From the NCBI GenBank assembly GCA_018648865.1, contig JABGQH010000004.1, positions 72,961 to 136,960 of the forward strand: a stretch of 64,000 nucleotides of DNA. The letters are read 5' to 3'. Made by a program: the position numbers and the translations under genes. Source of the stretch: Candidatus Peregrinibacteria bacterium. GTDB taxonomy: Bacteria > Patescibacteriota > Gracilibacteria > Peribacterales > Peribacteraceae. The notes under the pieces were generated by a model, which saw only the letters and a list, made by a program, of their open reading frames with translations, was not told the origin of the DNA and ran no database searches. Positions 54,354 through 63,740 of this stretch are shown here, in pieces (position 1 is the stretch's first letter; every line of letters begins with the position of its first letter).

Positions 54354-57047
54354 CTATGAGCTCTGTTTCTTCTTATCAATCAAGTCTTGCAGAGACTTGC
54401 TAATAGGAGGAACTCCTCCTCCCTTCTCTAGTTTTTGCTCTAGATCCTTCATCTGTTTCTTTTCATTATCATCAAGATTCGATTCTAGTAGGTCTCTTTT
54501 TCGTAGCATATTAAAATCGTTCATCCACATTTCTTTATCTCTCCATGCCCTGTATTCATCTAGCTTCATGCCTTTTTTTCGTGCCTTTTTACTCTCTTCA
54601 TCAGCTTTATCCTTAGCCTTAGAAGCTGATACAGATTGAGTCCTAGCCGCTTTTGCGCTCTCTGCCCACTTAGAAATTTTATCCTCTACTATGCTGCGTT
54701 TTTCAGAATATCTTTCTCGTGATAGTTTTCGAATTGTTTTAAGCCTTCCATCATCTTGTTCAAAATCAGGAGGAGGTAAAGTGGATACAGAGAAAGGCTT
54801 ACTTGGCATACCTTCTATCATAAGTCTTACATAAGCATGATACTTTGGCAGGCTTAGAATGTCTTTTGGCTCAACCATTTCTTCAAACTGCAAACTGAAT
54901 ACCTCTGCATCATCTGATCCTACTTGGAACGTGATTAGAGAACCTACATTTCCAAATACAGCGTCTTTTAGTGCAGTACTTTTATCCCCTATTAATAGCT
55001 GACCAACGTATTGGTTTGCCATAGTTAGTGATAAACGATACTTCCTAGCTTCACTTAGGATTGTAGCAAATGACTCAGTCGCAAAGTTCTGAAATTCATC
55101 AACATATAAGTAAAAGTCTTTTCTTTCATCCTCTGGAACATCTGCACGACTCATCGCGTCTATTTGAAACTTAGTTACGAGCATAGAACCTAGGAAAGCA
55201 GAAGTATCCTCACCTATTTTTCCCTTACTTAAGTTAACTAGAACAATCTTTCCAGAATCCATTGCATGACGAATATCTAGTGAGCTTTTTACCTGCCCTA
55301 CAATATTTCTAATAAGAGGTGTAGATAGCAACTGACCAACTTTATTCTGAATAGCAGAAATAGCTTCTGTTCTATATTTCTCGCTCCAAACTGCATATTC
55401 ATCTAGCCAGAAACTTTTTACTAAAGGATCACTTACCTTAGAAACTATCTTATTTCTATACTGGTCATCTGCATACATACGCATAATGCCAAGCATAGAA
55501 GTCCCCTCGTTTTCCAGTAGAGCCAAGAGAGTATTTCTTAAAATATGTTCCATACGTCCACTCCATACATCTGGCCATAGTTTTGTGAACACACTCATAA
55601 TTCCAGATGCAACTAGCACTCGTTGATCCTTGCTCTTACAATCTAAAATATTAAATGAGATCGGATAATCTGTATCCGAAGGATCAAACAAAACTACATC
55701 GTTAGATCTGCTCTTTGGAATAAATCTTAAAATTGCTTCTATTAAATCTCCATGTGGATCTATAACACCAACTCCTTTGCCATCATGAATATCAGAGAAC
55801 ACCATGTTCTCTAATAGAGTAGATTTACCCATTCCAGTTTTTCCTATGCAATAGATATGTCTGCGACGATCATCTTGTTTTATACCAAACTGATTTCTGT
55901 TTCCTCTAAATACAGCATCACCAAGAACAGTTAGATCAGATGAAGTTGATTTATTATCTATAAGAGGTAAATCAATTGGTGGCTCTAGTTTTTTAGAAAA
56001 GACCCAATCAATATTAGGAGTCTTAACCATTAGTGTTGGCAAATGCCACAATGTAGCTATTTCTTCAGTAGAAAGAATATAGGGAGTCTTCTTGAAGCCG
56101 AGATTAATCTGATCACTAGAAGAGACTTTTCCACATTCAAATTCATTACTCTGAGGAAGAGAGAACTGCTGCAGGCTACCAACAATCTCTTTTAATTTTC
56201 TTTGTGCCTCAATTTTTTCACCCTTTGGAGCAATAACACTTATCCTTATATTAACTAAGAATAATTGATGACTAACCTTGTCTGCTGCTCCTGCAATACT
56301 GTCTTCTCTATCATGAGATCTCATGCTTGAACTATCAATATCATCTTCTGAATAAGAATCTGAAGTTACTTCCCCCGTGCTTAAAGAAATATTGCTAGAA
56401 AAAATCTTATTAAAACCTGGCCACGCTTTAAATCCACCAAGCAGAATTGCTAGTGGATAAAACGCTAAACGTCTAAACCCTCTAGATAACTGTGCTTTTG
56501 TAAATAAAATGGCATATAAAGGAAAATGCGATGATAAACCACTGTTTAACAAAGGAAGGAATCTACGTGCTCTCCTACGGAACTTACCTCCTATCGGCTT
56601 AATAATAACTTGCAAATGCCCACGCATCCCTGGGATTTTGTATCTAACTAGAGATGAAGTAATCCCTGCAATTGGATCAACATTAACTCTAGAAAGCATG
56701 TCATCAAATTGTGGGTGCCTTTTTATTGGGAAAACCTCTGGGCTACCAAGCGATATATCAACAGAGAAAACTTCTTCTTTATCAGAAGCTATAAATGGAT
56801 CGCTTTGTATGTGGTCTATATCCACATCTGGATACTGTGCATACAACTGACTTTCACAAAGCCCTATTGCACCCTCATTTGCCCTCATAAACAGACTGAT
56901 TTTTCCATCTACTAAGCCGATTTCTAGGTTTACTTGTTTCTCTGCTCCTTTTAAAGAATGCAAAGCAGATATAGCTGATTCCATATATAGCGGTCCACGC
57001 TCATTCTCTTGCCCTGCCCGAATTTTTAGTAAAATATTTTTATCCAT
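54354..57047 (-). CDS. FtsK/HerA-superfamily ATPase, TraD/VirD4 (type IV coupling protein)-like, with a long N-terminal domain and a charged C-terminal tail
   Basis: Walker A CIGKTGMGKST, then VIDPHGDL, VVLFDPSD..YPISFNIL, Walker B YLYVDEFQNF, and ARKYRLSLTMANQYVGQL...GNVGSLITFQVG (TraG-D_C-like order). Confidence 0.7.
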   Translation of the reverse strand: MDKNILLKIRAGQENERGPLYMESAISALHSLKGAEKQVNLEIGLVDGKISLFMRANEGAIGLCESQLYAQYPDVDIDHIQSDPFIASDKEEVFSVDISLGSPEVFPIKRHPQFDDMLSRVNVDPIAGITSSLVRYKIPGMRGHLQVIIKPIGGKFRRRARRFLPLLNSGLSSHFPLYAILFTKAQLSRGFRRLAFYPLAILLGGFKAWPGFNKIFSSNISLSTGEVTSDSYSEDDIDSSSMRSHDREDSIAGAADKVSHQLFLVNIRISVIAPKGEKIEAQRKLKEIVGSLQQFSLPQSNEFECGKVSSSDQINLGFKKTPYILSTEEIATLWHLPTLMVKTPNIDWVFSKKLEPPIDLPLIDNKSTSSDLTVLGDAVFRGNRNQFGIKQDDRRRHIYCIGKTGMGKSTLLENMVFSDIHDGKGVGVIDPHGDLIEAILRFIPKSRSNDVVLFDPSDTDYPISFNILDCKSKDQRVLVASGIMSVFTKLWPDVWSGRMEHILRNTLLALLENEGTSMLGIMRMYADDQYRNKIVSKVSDPLVKSFWLDEYAVWSEKYRTEAISAIQNKVGQLLSTPLIRNIVGQVKSSLDIRHAMDSGKIVLVNLSKGKIGEDTSAFLGSMLVTKFQIDAMSRADVPEDERKDFYLYVDEFQNFATESFATILSEARKYRLSLTMANQYVGQLLIGDKSTALKDAVFGNVGSLITFQVGSDDAEVFSLQFEEMVEPKDILSLPKYHAYVRLMIEGMPSKPFSVSTLPPPDFEQDDGRLKTIRKLSRERYSEKRSIVEDKISKWAESAKAARTQSVSASKAKDKADEESKKARKKGMKLDEYRAWRDKEMWMNDFNMLRKRDLLESNLDDNEKKQMKDLEQKLEKGGGVPPISKSLQDLIDKKKQSS

Positions 57048-57062
57048 AATATAAATAAGACG

Positions 57063-57779
57063 TTACTGGCGTCCGCTGTTAAGTAATTCTGTAATTAGCT
57101 CTAACACAACTGTATTATACGCATAATCCATTCTCATTGGACCCAAAATTCCTACTACCCCCCGTTCATCTCTAACACCATAAGAAGTAACAACCATACT
57201 GCAGCTCTGAAACTGAGGTAGAATGTGTTCTTCGCCTATGTAATAGCGAACCTGATCATCTGTTTCTACATTTTCTAAAATAGTATGTAAATGCTCTTCT
57301 AAAACTTCTGCCACTCCCATAGCTAGCTCTGGATTTGCCTGAAACTCTGGCTGCTTAAGAACATTTGCTAAGCCCATAAAATAAACTCTTTCTTTATAAG
57401 GGACAGATGCGAATGCTACATTTGGAACCATACTAGAAAGTAATGAGACTGCCTCATACACACGCTCCTGATCTTTCTTTTGAAAGTATTGCTCTTGTAG
57501 TGACGCGAATTTTTTTCTAACTTCCTTTTCCTGGGAAGAAGGCTCCATGAATTGTTTTACATACGCACGATATCCCTTGGCTGTAGGAATGCGTCCTGCA
57601 GATATATGTGGCTGCTGAAGAAACCCTTCATCTTCTAGATGAAACATCTCATTGCGGATGGTCGCAGATGAACAATCGAAATTAGATACTTCTAGAAGCT
57701 TCTTTGATCCAACCGGTAATGCTGTGTGTATGAACTGATCAATGATCGCAACCAGCAATCTACTTTGCCTTTCATTCAT
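57063..57779 (-). CDS. hrcA: Heat-inducible transcription repressor HrcA (short form)
   Basis: The N-terminal winged-helix block R.SRLLVAIIDQFIHTALPVGSKKLLE...SSATIRNEM..LE..G.L..PH.SAGRIPT..GYR.YV is the HrcA signature. Confidence 0.85.
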   Translation of the reverse strand: MNERQSRLLVAIIDQFIHTALPVGSKKLLEVSNFDCSSATIRNEMFHLEDEGFLQQPHISAGRIPTAKGYRAYVKQFMEPSSQEKEVRKKFASLQEQYFQKKDQERVYEAVSLLSSMVPNVAFASVPYKERVYFMGLANVLKQPEFQANPELAMGVAEVLEEHLHTILENVETDDQVRYYIGEEHILPQFQSCSMVVTSYGVRDERGVVGILGPMRMDYAYNTVVLELITELLNSGRQ

Positions 57780-57789
57780 AATGTATATT

Positions 57790-57816
57790 TTAGCATTCTT
57801 ATGAGAAGAGTGCCAG
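57790..57816. promoter_or_regulatory. CIRCE-like inverted repeat immediately upstream of hrcA
   Basis: TTAGCATTC-N9-GAGTGCCAG on the plus strand; on the minus strand CTGGCACTC-N9-GAATGCTAA. It lies 11 nt upstream of the hrcA start. Confidence 0.5.
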
Positions 57817-57856
57817 AAAACCGCTTAAGCTTGAACTTGGAATACTTTGTAGGATA

Positions 57857-58069
57857 TTAATCTCTGGATGCAGCCATCCTTTTTCTGAATCGCTCAATTC
57901 TGCCTCCTTTTACCTCTGTTTGTTGTTTACCAGTGTAAGCAGGATGGCATAATCTGCATGATTCAACTGTTTGTTCCTCAATTAAGCTAGGAATCTCGAA
58001 TACAGCATTACAAGACGAACAAGTCGTTTTTGCATTTTCTACTGCCTTTGGGTGGATTCCAGCTTTCAT
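57857..58069 (-). CDS. rpmE: 50S ribosomal protein L31
   Basis: MKAGIHPK, C..C and CHPAYTGKQ are the L31 signature. Confidence 0.9.
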   Translation of the reverse strand: MKAGIHPKAVENAKTTCSSCNAVFEIPSLIEEQTVESCRLCHPAYTGKQQTEVKGGRIERFRKRMAASRD

Positions 58070-58162
58070 AGCCCGCAAATTCTATAGAGAATCACTCAAT
58101 TTGCAAAGAAAAATCAGTTAGTTTTTCAGTTATTTCTTACTTAGATTAAGAAATTTCCAATT

Positions 58163-58194
58163 GCTAAAAGCTCAAAGCTTAAGTCTTAAAGCTA
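58163..58194 (-). repeat. Heptamer array copy 3 (GCT AAAAGCT CAAAGCT TAAGTCT TAAAGCT A), 5 nt downstream of the gyrA stop
   Basis: Read directly. Confidence 0.85.
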
Positions 58195-58199
58195 TTTAA

Positions 58200-60869
58200 T
58201 TACTTTTTCTTCACAATTTTAGCTGCTCTTTTCACTTTCCTCTCCTCTTTTTTTATAACCTCTACCTCCACTTCTCTTTGCTCTTCTGCTGCCTCTAGAG
58301 TTGCCTCTTTGCCTTCTTTGTCCTGCATTACGACACTCATAGTTGCAACTTTATCTTTTGCCTTTAGCCTCATTACAATAACTCCCTGAGTAGCTCTACC
58401 TCGTGAAGGAATATCACTCAAAAGCATTCGAATTGCTTGCCCTTGTTTACTAATACAAAGTAAATCACCATCTTCTCCATCCTTCAAAATACATCCACCT
58501 ACTACTTCACCAGTTTTGGCTGTTAATTGAGCTGCCTTTACACCTGTTCCTCCGCGCCCTTGGAACCTATATTGGCTAACCGCAGTCATTTTACCGAGTC
58601 CGTTCTCCATAACTATAAGTAGTTTGCTAGTTTTAGGATCATCTATAACTCCTGCCTCTACTACTCTGTCTCCTGCTGAAAGACGAATACCACGAACTCC
58701 TGCTGCACTTCGACCCATTACTCTTACATCTTCTTCTTTAAATCTAATTGCTTTTCCTTTTTTAGACAGAAGCATTACTTCGTTTGTTCCATTTGTAGCA
58801 ACAACCCATCGTAGCTCATCTCCCTTTGGAACCTTTTGAGCAATTAATCCATTTCTTCTTATGTTTTCAAATTGAGTAATCTCTGTTCGTTTTACAGTTC
58901 CATTTCTAGTCACCATAAATAGATATTTATTATCTTCTGGATCTGCCTTCAATATAGCTGCAACAAATTCCTCTGGTTGTAACTGAAGCAAATTAACTAT
59001 GGCCTGCCCCTTTGCTACTCTGCTTCCTTGTGGCAATTCAAAGGCTGGGACCTTGAATACACGACCTGTATTAGTAAAGAATAGTAAGTCATCGTGATTC
59101 ATTACATGAAGGATAGAAGCCAATTCATCGTCTTCTTTTGTAGTCATACCACGGACACCCTTTCCACCACGATGCTGAGCTCTAAATTGCATTGGACTAA
59201 GCCTCTTTACATAACCACCCTGTGTTAATGCAACAATCATAGGAGCATTTGGAATAGTGTCTTTTGCACTAAACTCTCCAACTGCATTCTTCACAATTGT
59301 AGTTCTACGCTTGTTTGCATATGTTTTTTTAATATCTTCAAGCTCTTCTTTGATAATGCTATCCATCTTTGATTGGCTAGAAAGCAATGCCTCACACTCT
59401 GCAATAAACTTTTTCTTTTCTTTAAGTTCATCCTCTATCTTCTGCTGCTCTAGTCCAGCTAGTGTTTGCAAACGCATTTGCAAAATAGCATCTGCTTGTA
59501 AATCGCTTAACTTAAATTTCTTTACCAAGTTATCTTTTGCAATCTCTTTTGTACTACTCTTTTTAATAGTTTCAATTACTTTATCAATATCATGCAAAGC
59601 AATCACGAGGCCTTCCAATATATGCTCGCGCTCTTTGGCTTTGTTTCTATCAAACTCAATACGGTTACGTACAACATTTCTGCGATGATCTATAAAAATC
59701 TGCAAAAACTCCTGCAAATTTAGGAGCCTAGGCTGAATACCATCTGCCAATGCAATAGTATTGTATCCAAAGCTATTTTGAAGATCTGTATGCTTAAATA
59801 GTTGATTCAAAACCTTTTGTGGATACGAATCTTTCTTTAATTCAATAATAATCCTAATCCCCTCCCTATCTGACTCATCTCTAATATCAGATATTCCCTG
59901 AATAACTTTATCTTGTACTAGCCTTGCCATCTTTTCGATCATGGAAGACTTGTTAACCTGATAAGGGATTTCACTTACACGAATAAAGTATCTTCCAGTC
60001 TTTCCTTCTTCTATAACTGCTGTACCTCTAACTACAACAGACCCTCTACCAGTTAGGTAAGCCTGCTTCAATGTTTCCATGTTGTATACGATTCCACCTG
60101 TTGGGAAATCTGGACCATGAACAAACTCAAGTAGATCTTCTACAGTAGAATCTGGTGAATCAATTAAATGGGTTGTTGCATCTACCAATTCTCCTAAATT
60201 ATGAGGAGGAATATTAGTTGCCATTCCAACAGCAATACCGACTGTTCCATTTAATAGTAAGTGAGGCAATTTTGCAGGTAATACAACTGGCTCTTTCCTA
60301 GAGCCATCATAACTTGGCCTAAAATCAACAGTGTTCTTATCTATATCCTGCAACATTTCTTCTGCAATCTTCTCCATTTTTGCCTCTGTGTACCTATAAG
60401 CAGCTGCGCTGTCCCCGTCTATCGAACCATAGTTACCCTGACCATTCACAAGTGGATGACGCATAGAAAAGTCTTGAGCCATTCGCACCATAGAATCATA
60501 TACAGCAGTATCACCATGTGGATGATACTTACCAAGTACTTCACCAACTACATTTGCAGACTTTCTAAAACGAGCAGAGCTCCTTAAGCCTAATTCATGC
60601 ATAACATATAAGATTCTTCTATGAACAGGTTTTAGTCCGTCTCTAGCATCTGGTAAGGCACGTGAAACAATAACGCTCATAGCGTAACTTAAATAACTTT
60701 CCTCCATCTCGTTAACAATTGGCCTCGGTTTAATATCACCTATTAAAGAGAGTGCTTTTTCAGACATTACTTTCTTTTTAGGATCTTCAACTTCTATTTC
60801 TCCTTCTGAAAACATTTCTTCTTGAGGAGAATCGGCATTGTTATCTTTTGGGTCTTTTTTGCTTGGCAT
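58200..60869 (-). CDS. gyrA: DNA gyrase subunit A, with an extra Lys-rich C-terminal tail
   Basis: [17 protein letters not shown] and AAAYRYTE (the active-site Tyr region), plus C-terminal beta-pinwheel repeats. The tail reads [17 protein letters not shown]. Confidence 0.95.
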   Translation of the reverse strand: MPSKKDPKDNNADSPQEEMFSEGEIEVEDPKKKVMSEKALSLIGDIKPRPIVNEMEESYLSYAMSVIVSRALPDARDGLKPVHRRILYVMHELGLRSSARFRKSANVVGEVLGKYHPHGDTAVYDSMVRMAQDFSMRHPLVNGQGNYGSIDGDSAAAYRYTEAKMEKIAEEMLQDIDKNTVDFRPSYDGSRKEPVVLPAKLPHLLLNGTVGIAVGMATNIPPHNLGELVDATTHLIDSPDSTVEDLLEFVHGPDFPTGGIVYNMETLKQAYLTGRGSVVVRGTAVIEEGKTGRYFIRVSEIPYQVNKSSMIEKMARLVQDKVIQGISDIRDESDREGIRIIIELKKDSYPQKVLNQLFKHTDLQNSFGYNTIALADGIQPRLLNLQEFLQIFIDHRRNVVRNRIEFDRNKAKEREHILEGLVIALHDIDKVIETIKKSSTKEIAKDNLVKKFKLSDLQADAILQMRLQTLAGLEQQKIEDELKEKKKFIAECEALLSSQSKMDSIIKEELEDIKKTYANKRRTTIVKNAVGEFSAKDTIPNAPMIVALTQGGYVKRLSPMQFRAQHRGGKGVRGMTTKEDDELASILHVMNHDDLLFFTNTGRVFKVPAFELPQGSRVAKGQAIVNLLQLQPEEFVAAILKADPEDNKYLFMVTRNGTVKRTEITQFENIRRNGLIAQKVPKGDELRWVVATNGTNEVMLLSKKGKAIRFKEEDVRVMGRSAAGVRGIRLSAGDRVVEAGVIDDPKTSKLLIVMENGLGKMTAVSQYRFQGRGGTGVKAAQLTAKTGEVVGGCILKDGEDGDLLCISKQGQAIRMLLSDIPSRGRATQGVIVMRLKAKDKVATMSVVMQDKEGKEATLEAAEEQREVEVEVIKKEERKVKRAAKIVKKK

Positions 60870-60981
60870 ACTAAAATAGGAAGGTTATTTCTAAAGAATA
60901 ATAGCAGAGAAGTATCAATGCGAAAGAGGATGAGGCGAAAAAGGTTGGGTAAGTTTGTTTTATAATTGATTAATATTATGA

Positions 60982-61668
60982 GAGAATAATTACATCCTAT
61001 CCATAGTCGCAACCCCCATCGGTAATCTTGGTGATATAACCATTAGAGCAATAGAAACTCTAAAGATATGTGATGCAATTATCTGCGAAGACACACGCAA
61101 TACAGGTAATTTAATCAAAATGTTAGATCTGCCAAAGAAACCAATGATTTCTTTTCATGGATACAGCGATACAAAGAAAATCGAAGAAATAATTAAGAAA
61201 TTAAAAAATGGAGAACATCTAGTACTAGTAAGTGATGCAGGTACTCCTGGTATTTCTGACCCTGGATATGCGCTCACATCTAAGCTAGCTGATCAAAAAA
61301 TTGATACAGAGGTTATCCCTGGTGCTTCAGCATTTCTAGCTGCACTGAGTGTAAGTGGGCTACCAATAAATCATTTTATTTATCTAGGATTTCTACCATT
61401 AAAAAAGGGCAGACAAACAATGCTCAAATCATTTATAGATGAGGATAAAACAATCGTTTTTTATGAGTCTGTTCATAGAATAGAAAAGACACTACTCCAA
61501 TTTGCAGAATTCTTTAAAGACCAGCCAAGTAGGAAAATTGTGATAGCTAGAGAGTTAACCAAAATGCATGAAGAAGTAATCAGGACTGAAGTATCTGAAC
61601 TTAAATCAGTTGCTGAATCTATTACGAAAAAGGGTGAATTTGTAGTGGTACTGGGAGGAAGGCCTTAG
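60982..61668 (+). CDS. rsmI: 16S rRNA (cytidine1402-2'-O)-methyltransferase RsmI; the conserved N-terminus lacks an in-frame canonical start
   Basis: The in-frame translation from 60982 reads ENNYILSIVATPIGNLGDITIRAIETLKICDAIICEDTRNTG, the RsmI N-terminal signature. The first in-frame ATG is at 61120. An ATG at 60978 is offset by one nucleotide. Confidence 0.8.
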   Translation, partial: ENNYILSIVATPIGNLGDITIRAIETLKICDAIICEDTRNTGNLIKMLDLPKKPMISFHGYSDTKKIEEIIKKLKNGEHLVLVSDAGTPGISDPGYALTSKLADQKIDTEVIPGASAFLAALSVSGLPINHFIYLGFLPLKKGRQTMLKSFIDEDKTIVFYESVHRIEKTLLQFAEFFKDQPSRKIVIARELTKMHEEVIRTEVSELKSVAESITKKGEFVVVLGGRP

Positions 61669-61676
61669 TACCTAAA

Positions 61677-61710
61677 CCCCTCTCCCCAGCCCTCTCCCCT
61701 CGGGAGAGGG
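61677..61710. repeat. Half copy of the GC-rich palindromic element (CCCCTCTCCCC-AG-CCCTCTCCC-CTC-GGGAGAGGG)
   Basis: Read directly. It lies between the convergent rsmI and M23 peptidase genes, so it is probably a bidirectional terminator hairpin. Confidence 0.8.
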
Positions 61711-61752
61711 AGACGAAATCCAATCCTCTTTTTGTGATACGTTTAATTCCAT

Positions 61753-61784
61753 GCTTAAAGCTTACAGCTTAAAGCTCAAAGCTA
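61753..61784 (-). repeat. Heptamer array copy 4 (GCT TAAAGCT TACAGCT TAAAGCT CAAAGCT A), 20 nt downstream of the M23 peptidase stop
   Basis: Read directly. Confidence 0.85.
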
Positions 61785-61804
61785 TTTAACTTTACTGATG
61801 CCCT

Positions 61805-63052
61805 TTAGGGCAGAACTGAAATAGGGTTTATATGTTTCCCATTTTGTATAACTTCAAAGTGAAGATGGGCGCCTGTTGTCATAGGCCCAGCTCCAACCGT
61901 ACCAGGAGTTCCTCCGCTTAAACCTAACATCTGCCCCCTGCTAACATCCTGCCCAGCAACTACATTTATCTTTGATAAATGACCATAAAGCGTTGCGGTT
62001 CCACCCTGATGACCGATCAGTACATAAGAATATCCTTTGGCTCCACCATGGCGAGCTGCATAAACAACACCATCTGCAGCCACAGTAACAGGACTACCTT
62101 GTGGTACTGCTATATCTATTCCCTTATGAGGAAAACCAAAGAATTTCTGATAACCAGCGTCATAGTACCCTGCACTTATTCTGGCATATGCTGGCCAAGA
62201 TATAGTCGCAGCTGATCCTACAATTTTACCTCCTGAATATTCCCCTTCTTTTGGCGATAGTAATCCCTTCTCTATTAGAACACGTTCTGCACGCCTACGA
62301 ACTCTGGCATCTATTCTAGCTAGCTCAGATTGCATCTGAGAAATACGTGATTGAACCTCATAAACTGTTCTTTCAATTTCATTCTGTTTAGATGCACTGC
62401 TATGCAACCTTTGCTCAGCCAAATCATTTTTATCCTGCATTACAAAATATTCAACAAGCAAATCTTCATGCTGGTCTCTTAAAGTATCTAAAGTATCTGG
62501 TAACCCATGAGCTACTTTAAGTAGAGACAGTAGATCCTTTCTAGATTGTAATATCGCATTTAAACGGATTGATTTTTCTGTGCGTTCTGCAAGCGTATCT
62601 ATGCCAGAAATTTGCCCAAGCATTGTTTGTAAAGCTACTACAGATTGAGACTCTTGAGCCAAATACAATGAACGGAGAAACCCATTAGAATCCTGTAATT
62701 CATCTTCAAATATATTCAAAACTGCATCCGAGTCATGTGGATCAATCCCATGCTCTAGAATTATTTTTTCATTTTTCAAGGCAGAAGAAAGCTGTAGTCG
62801 AATTGCCCTCTTCTCCCTAGCGAGCCTGCGCAATTCAACTTCTGTTTCATTAATATCTTTTTTACTATCACCTTTAATATTATTCATTTCAATTCCTTCA
62901 GCACTTTGCACAGATACTTCAAAAGATGCATTTAAAATATCTTCTTGTATTTTGTATCTGTCATCTGCCTCTGTTAGCGCAAGCGCTGTTGTAAAGGGCA
63001 GAGCTACCAATACACAGATGAATACGGCGAGTAATCTTTGTTCTAATCGCAT
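61805..63052 (-). CDS. M23 family (LytM-type) peptidoglycan metalloendopeptidase with an N-terminal coiled coil
   Basis: HKGIDIAVPQGSPV, LIGHQGGTATLYGHLS and GAHLHFEV (the HxxxD / HxH motifs), with a signal peptide at the N-terminus. Confidence 0.85.
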   Translation of the reverse strand: MRLEQRLLAVFICVLVALPFTTALALTEADDRYKIQEDILNASFEVSVQSAEGIEMNNIKGDSKKDINETEVELRRLAREKRAIRLQLSSALKNEKIILEHGIDPHDSDAVLNIFEDELQDSNGFLRSLYLAQESQSVVALQTMLGQISGIDTLAERTEKSIRLNAILQSRKDLLSLLKVAHGLPDTLDTLRDQHEDLLVEYFVMQDKNDLAEQRLHSSASKQNEIERTVYEVQSRISQMQSELARIDARVRRRAERVLIEKGLLSPKEGEYSGGKIVGSAATISWPAYARISAGYYDAGYQKFFGFPHKGIDIAVPQGSPVTVAADGVVYAARHGGAKGYSYVLIGHQGGTATLYGHLSKINVVAGQDVSRGQMLGLSGGTPGTVGAGPMTTGAHLHFEVIQNGKHINPISVLP

Positions 63053-63105
63053 TTCTTATTATTATACAATAATTTTTGTGTTTTGTGAATACCTATATTA
63101 AACGC

Positions 63106-63681
63106 TTACAAAGAGCGTAATGCAGCAGTAACCCTCTCTTCTGTAGATTTCAAATCAGGAGAAATCTCCTTCAATGCAGAAATGATAGTTGGGCTGTCAT
63201 ATCCCAGTACTTTTAAGGCATCCATAGCGTCTTTATCATATTGCGCTCCGAGATCCTTATTAGAATCAGTAAACGCACCTGGGATTAGTTCAAGTAAAGA
63301 TTTAAGCTCCAAAAGTAGTTTTTCTGCTCTCTTTTTGCCAATTCCTTTAATACTAGTTAAAAGTTCACAATCCTGCTCAGAAATTGCTTTACCAAGCATA
63401 TTTCTAGGAACAGAACAAAGTTCTAAGGCCAAACTTGGCCCAATGCCAGACATTTTAACTAAATGAGCAAAAAGCATACGACTAGACCAATCGATAAATC
63501 CGAAAAGTTCTAATCTATCCTCTCTTACATATGTGTACACAAAAAATGTTGCATCAATTTCATCTGTAGATCCATCCCACACATCAAGTGGAACATTTAA
63601 TAAATAGCCAACATTAGATACATCTACCGATAATACTCCAGGTTTCAACTTTTTTACTGTTCCATGTAGATGAGAAATCAT
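63106..63681 (-). CDS. ruvA: Holliday junction DNA helicase RuvA
   Basis: MISHLHGTV...V.V..VGY....P (OB domain), HhH motifs (GIGPSLA, IKGIGKKRAEK), and a C-terminal domain III. Confidence 0.9.
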   Translation of the reverse strand: MISHLHGTVKKLKPGVLSVDVSNVGYLLNVPLDVWDGSTDEIDATFFVYTYVREDRLELFGFIDWSSRMLFAHLVKMSGIGPSLALELCSVPRNMLGKAISEQDCELLTSIKGIGKKRAEKLLLELKSLLELIPGAFTDSNKDLGAQYDKDAMDALKVLGYDSPTIISALKEISPDLKSTEERVTAALRSL

Positions 63682-63740
63682 GAACGAAGTATAGCAGAAT
63701 TGCTACCACACGCTGCCAGTTTATGTACAATAGATATCCT

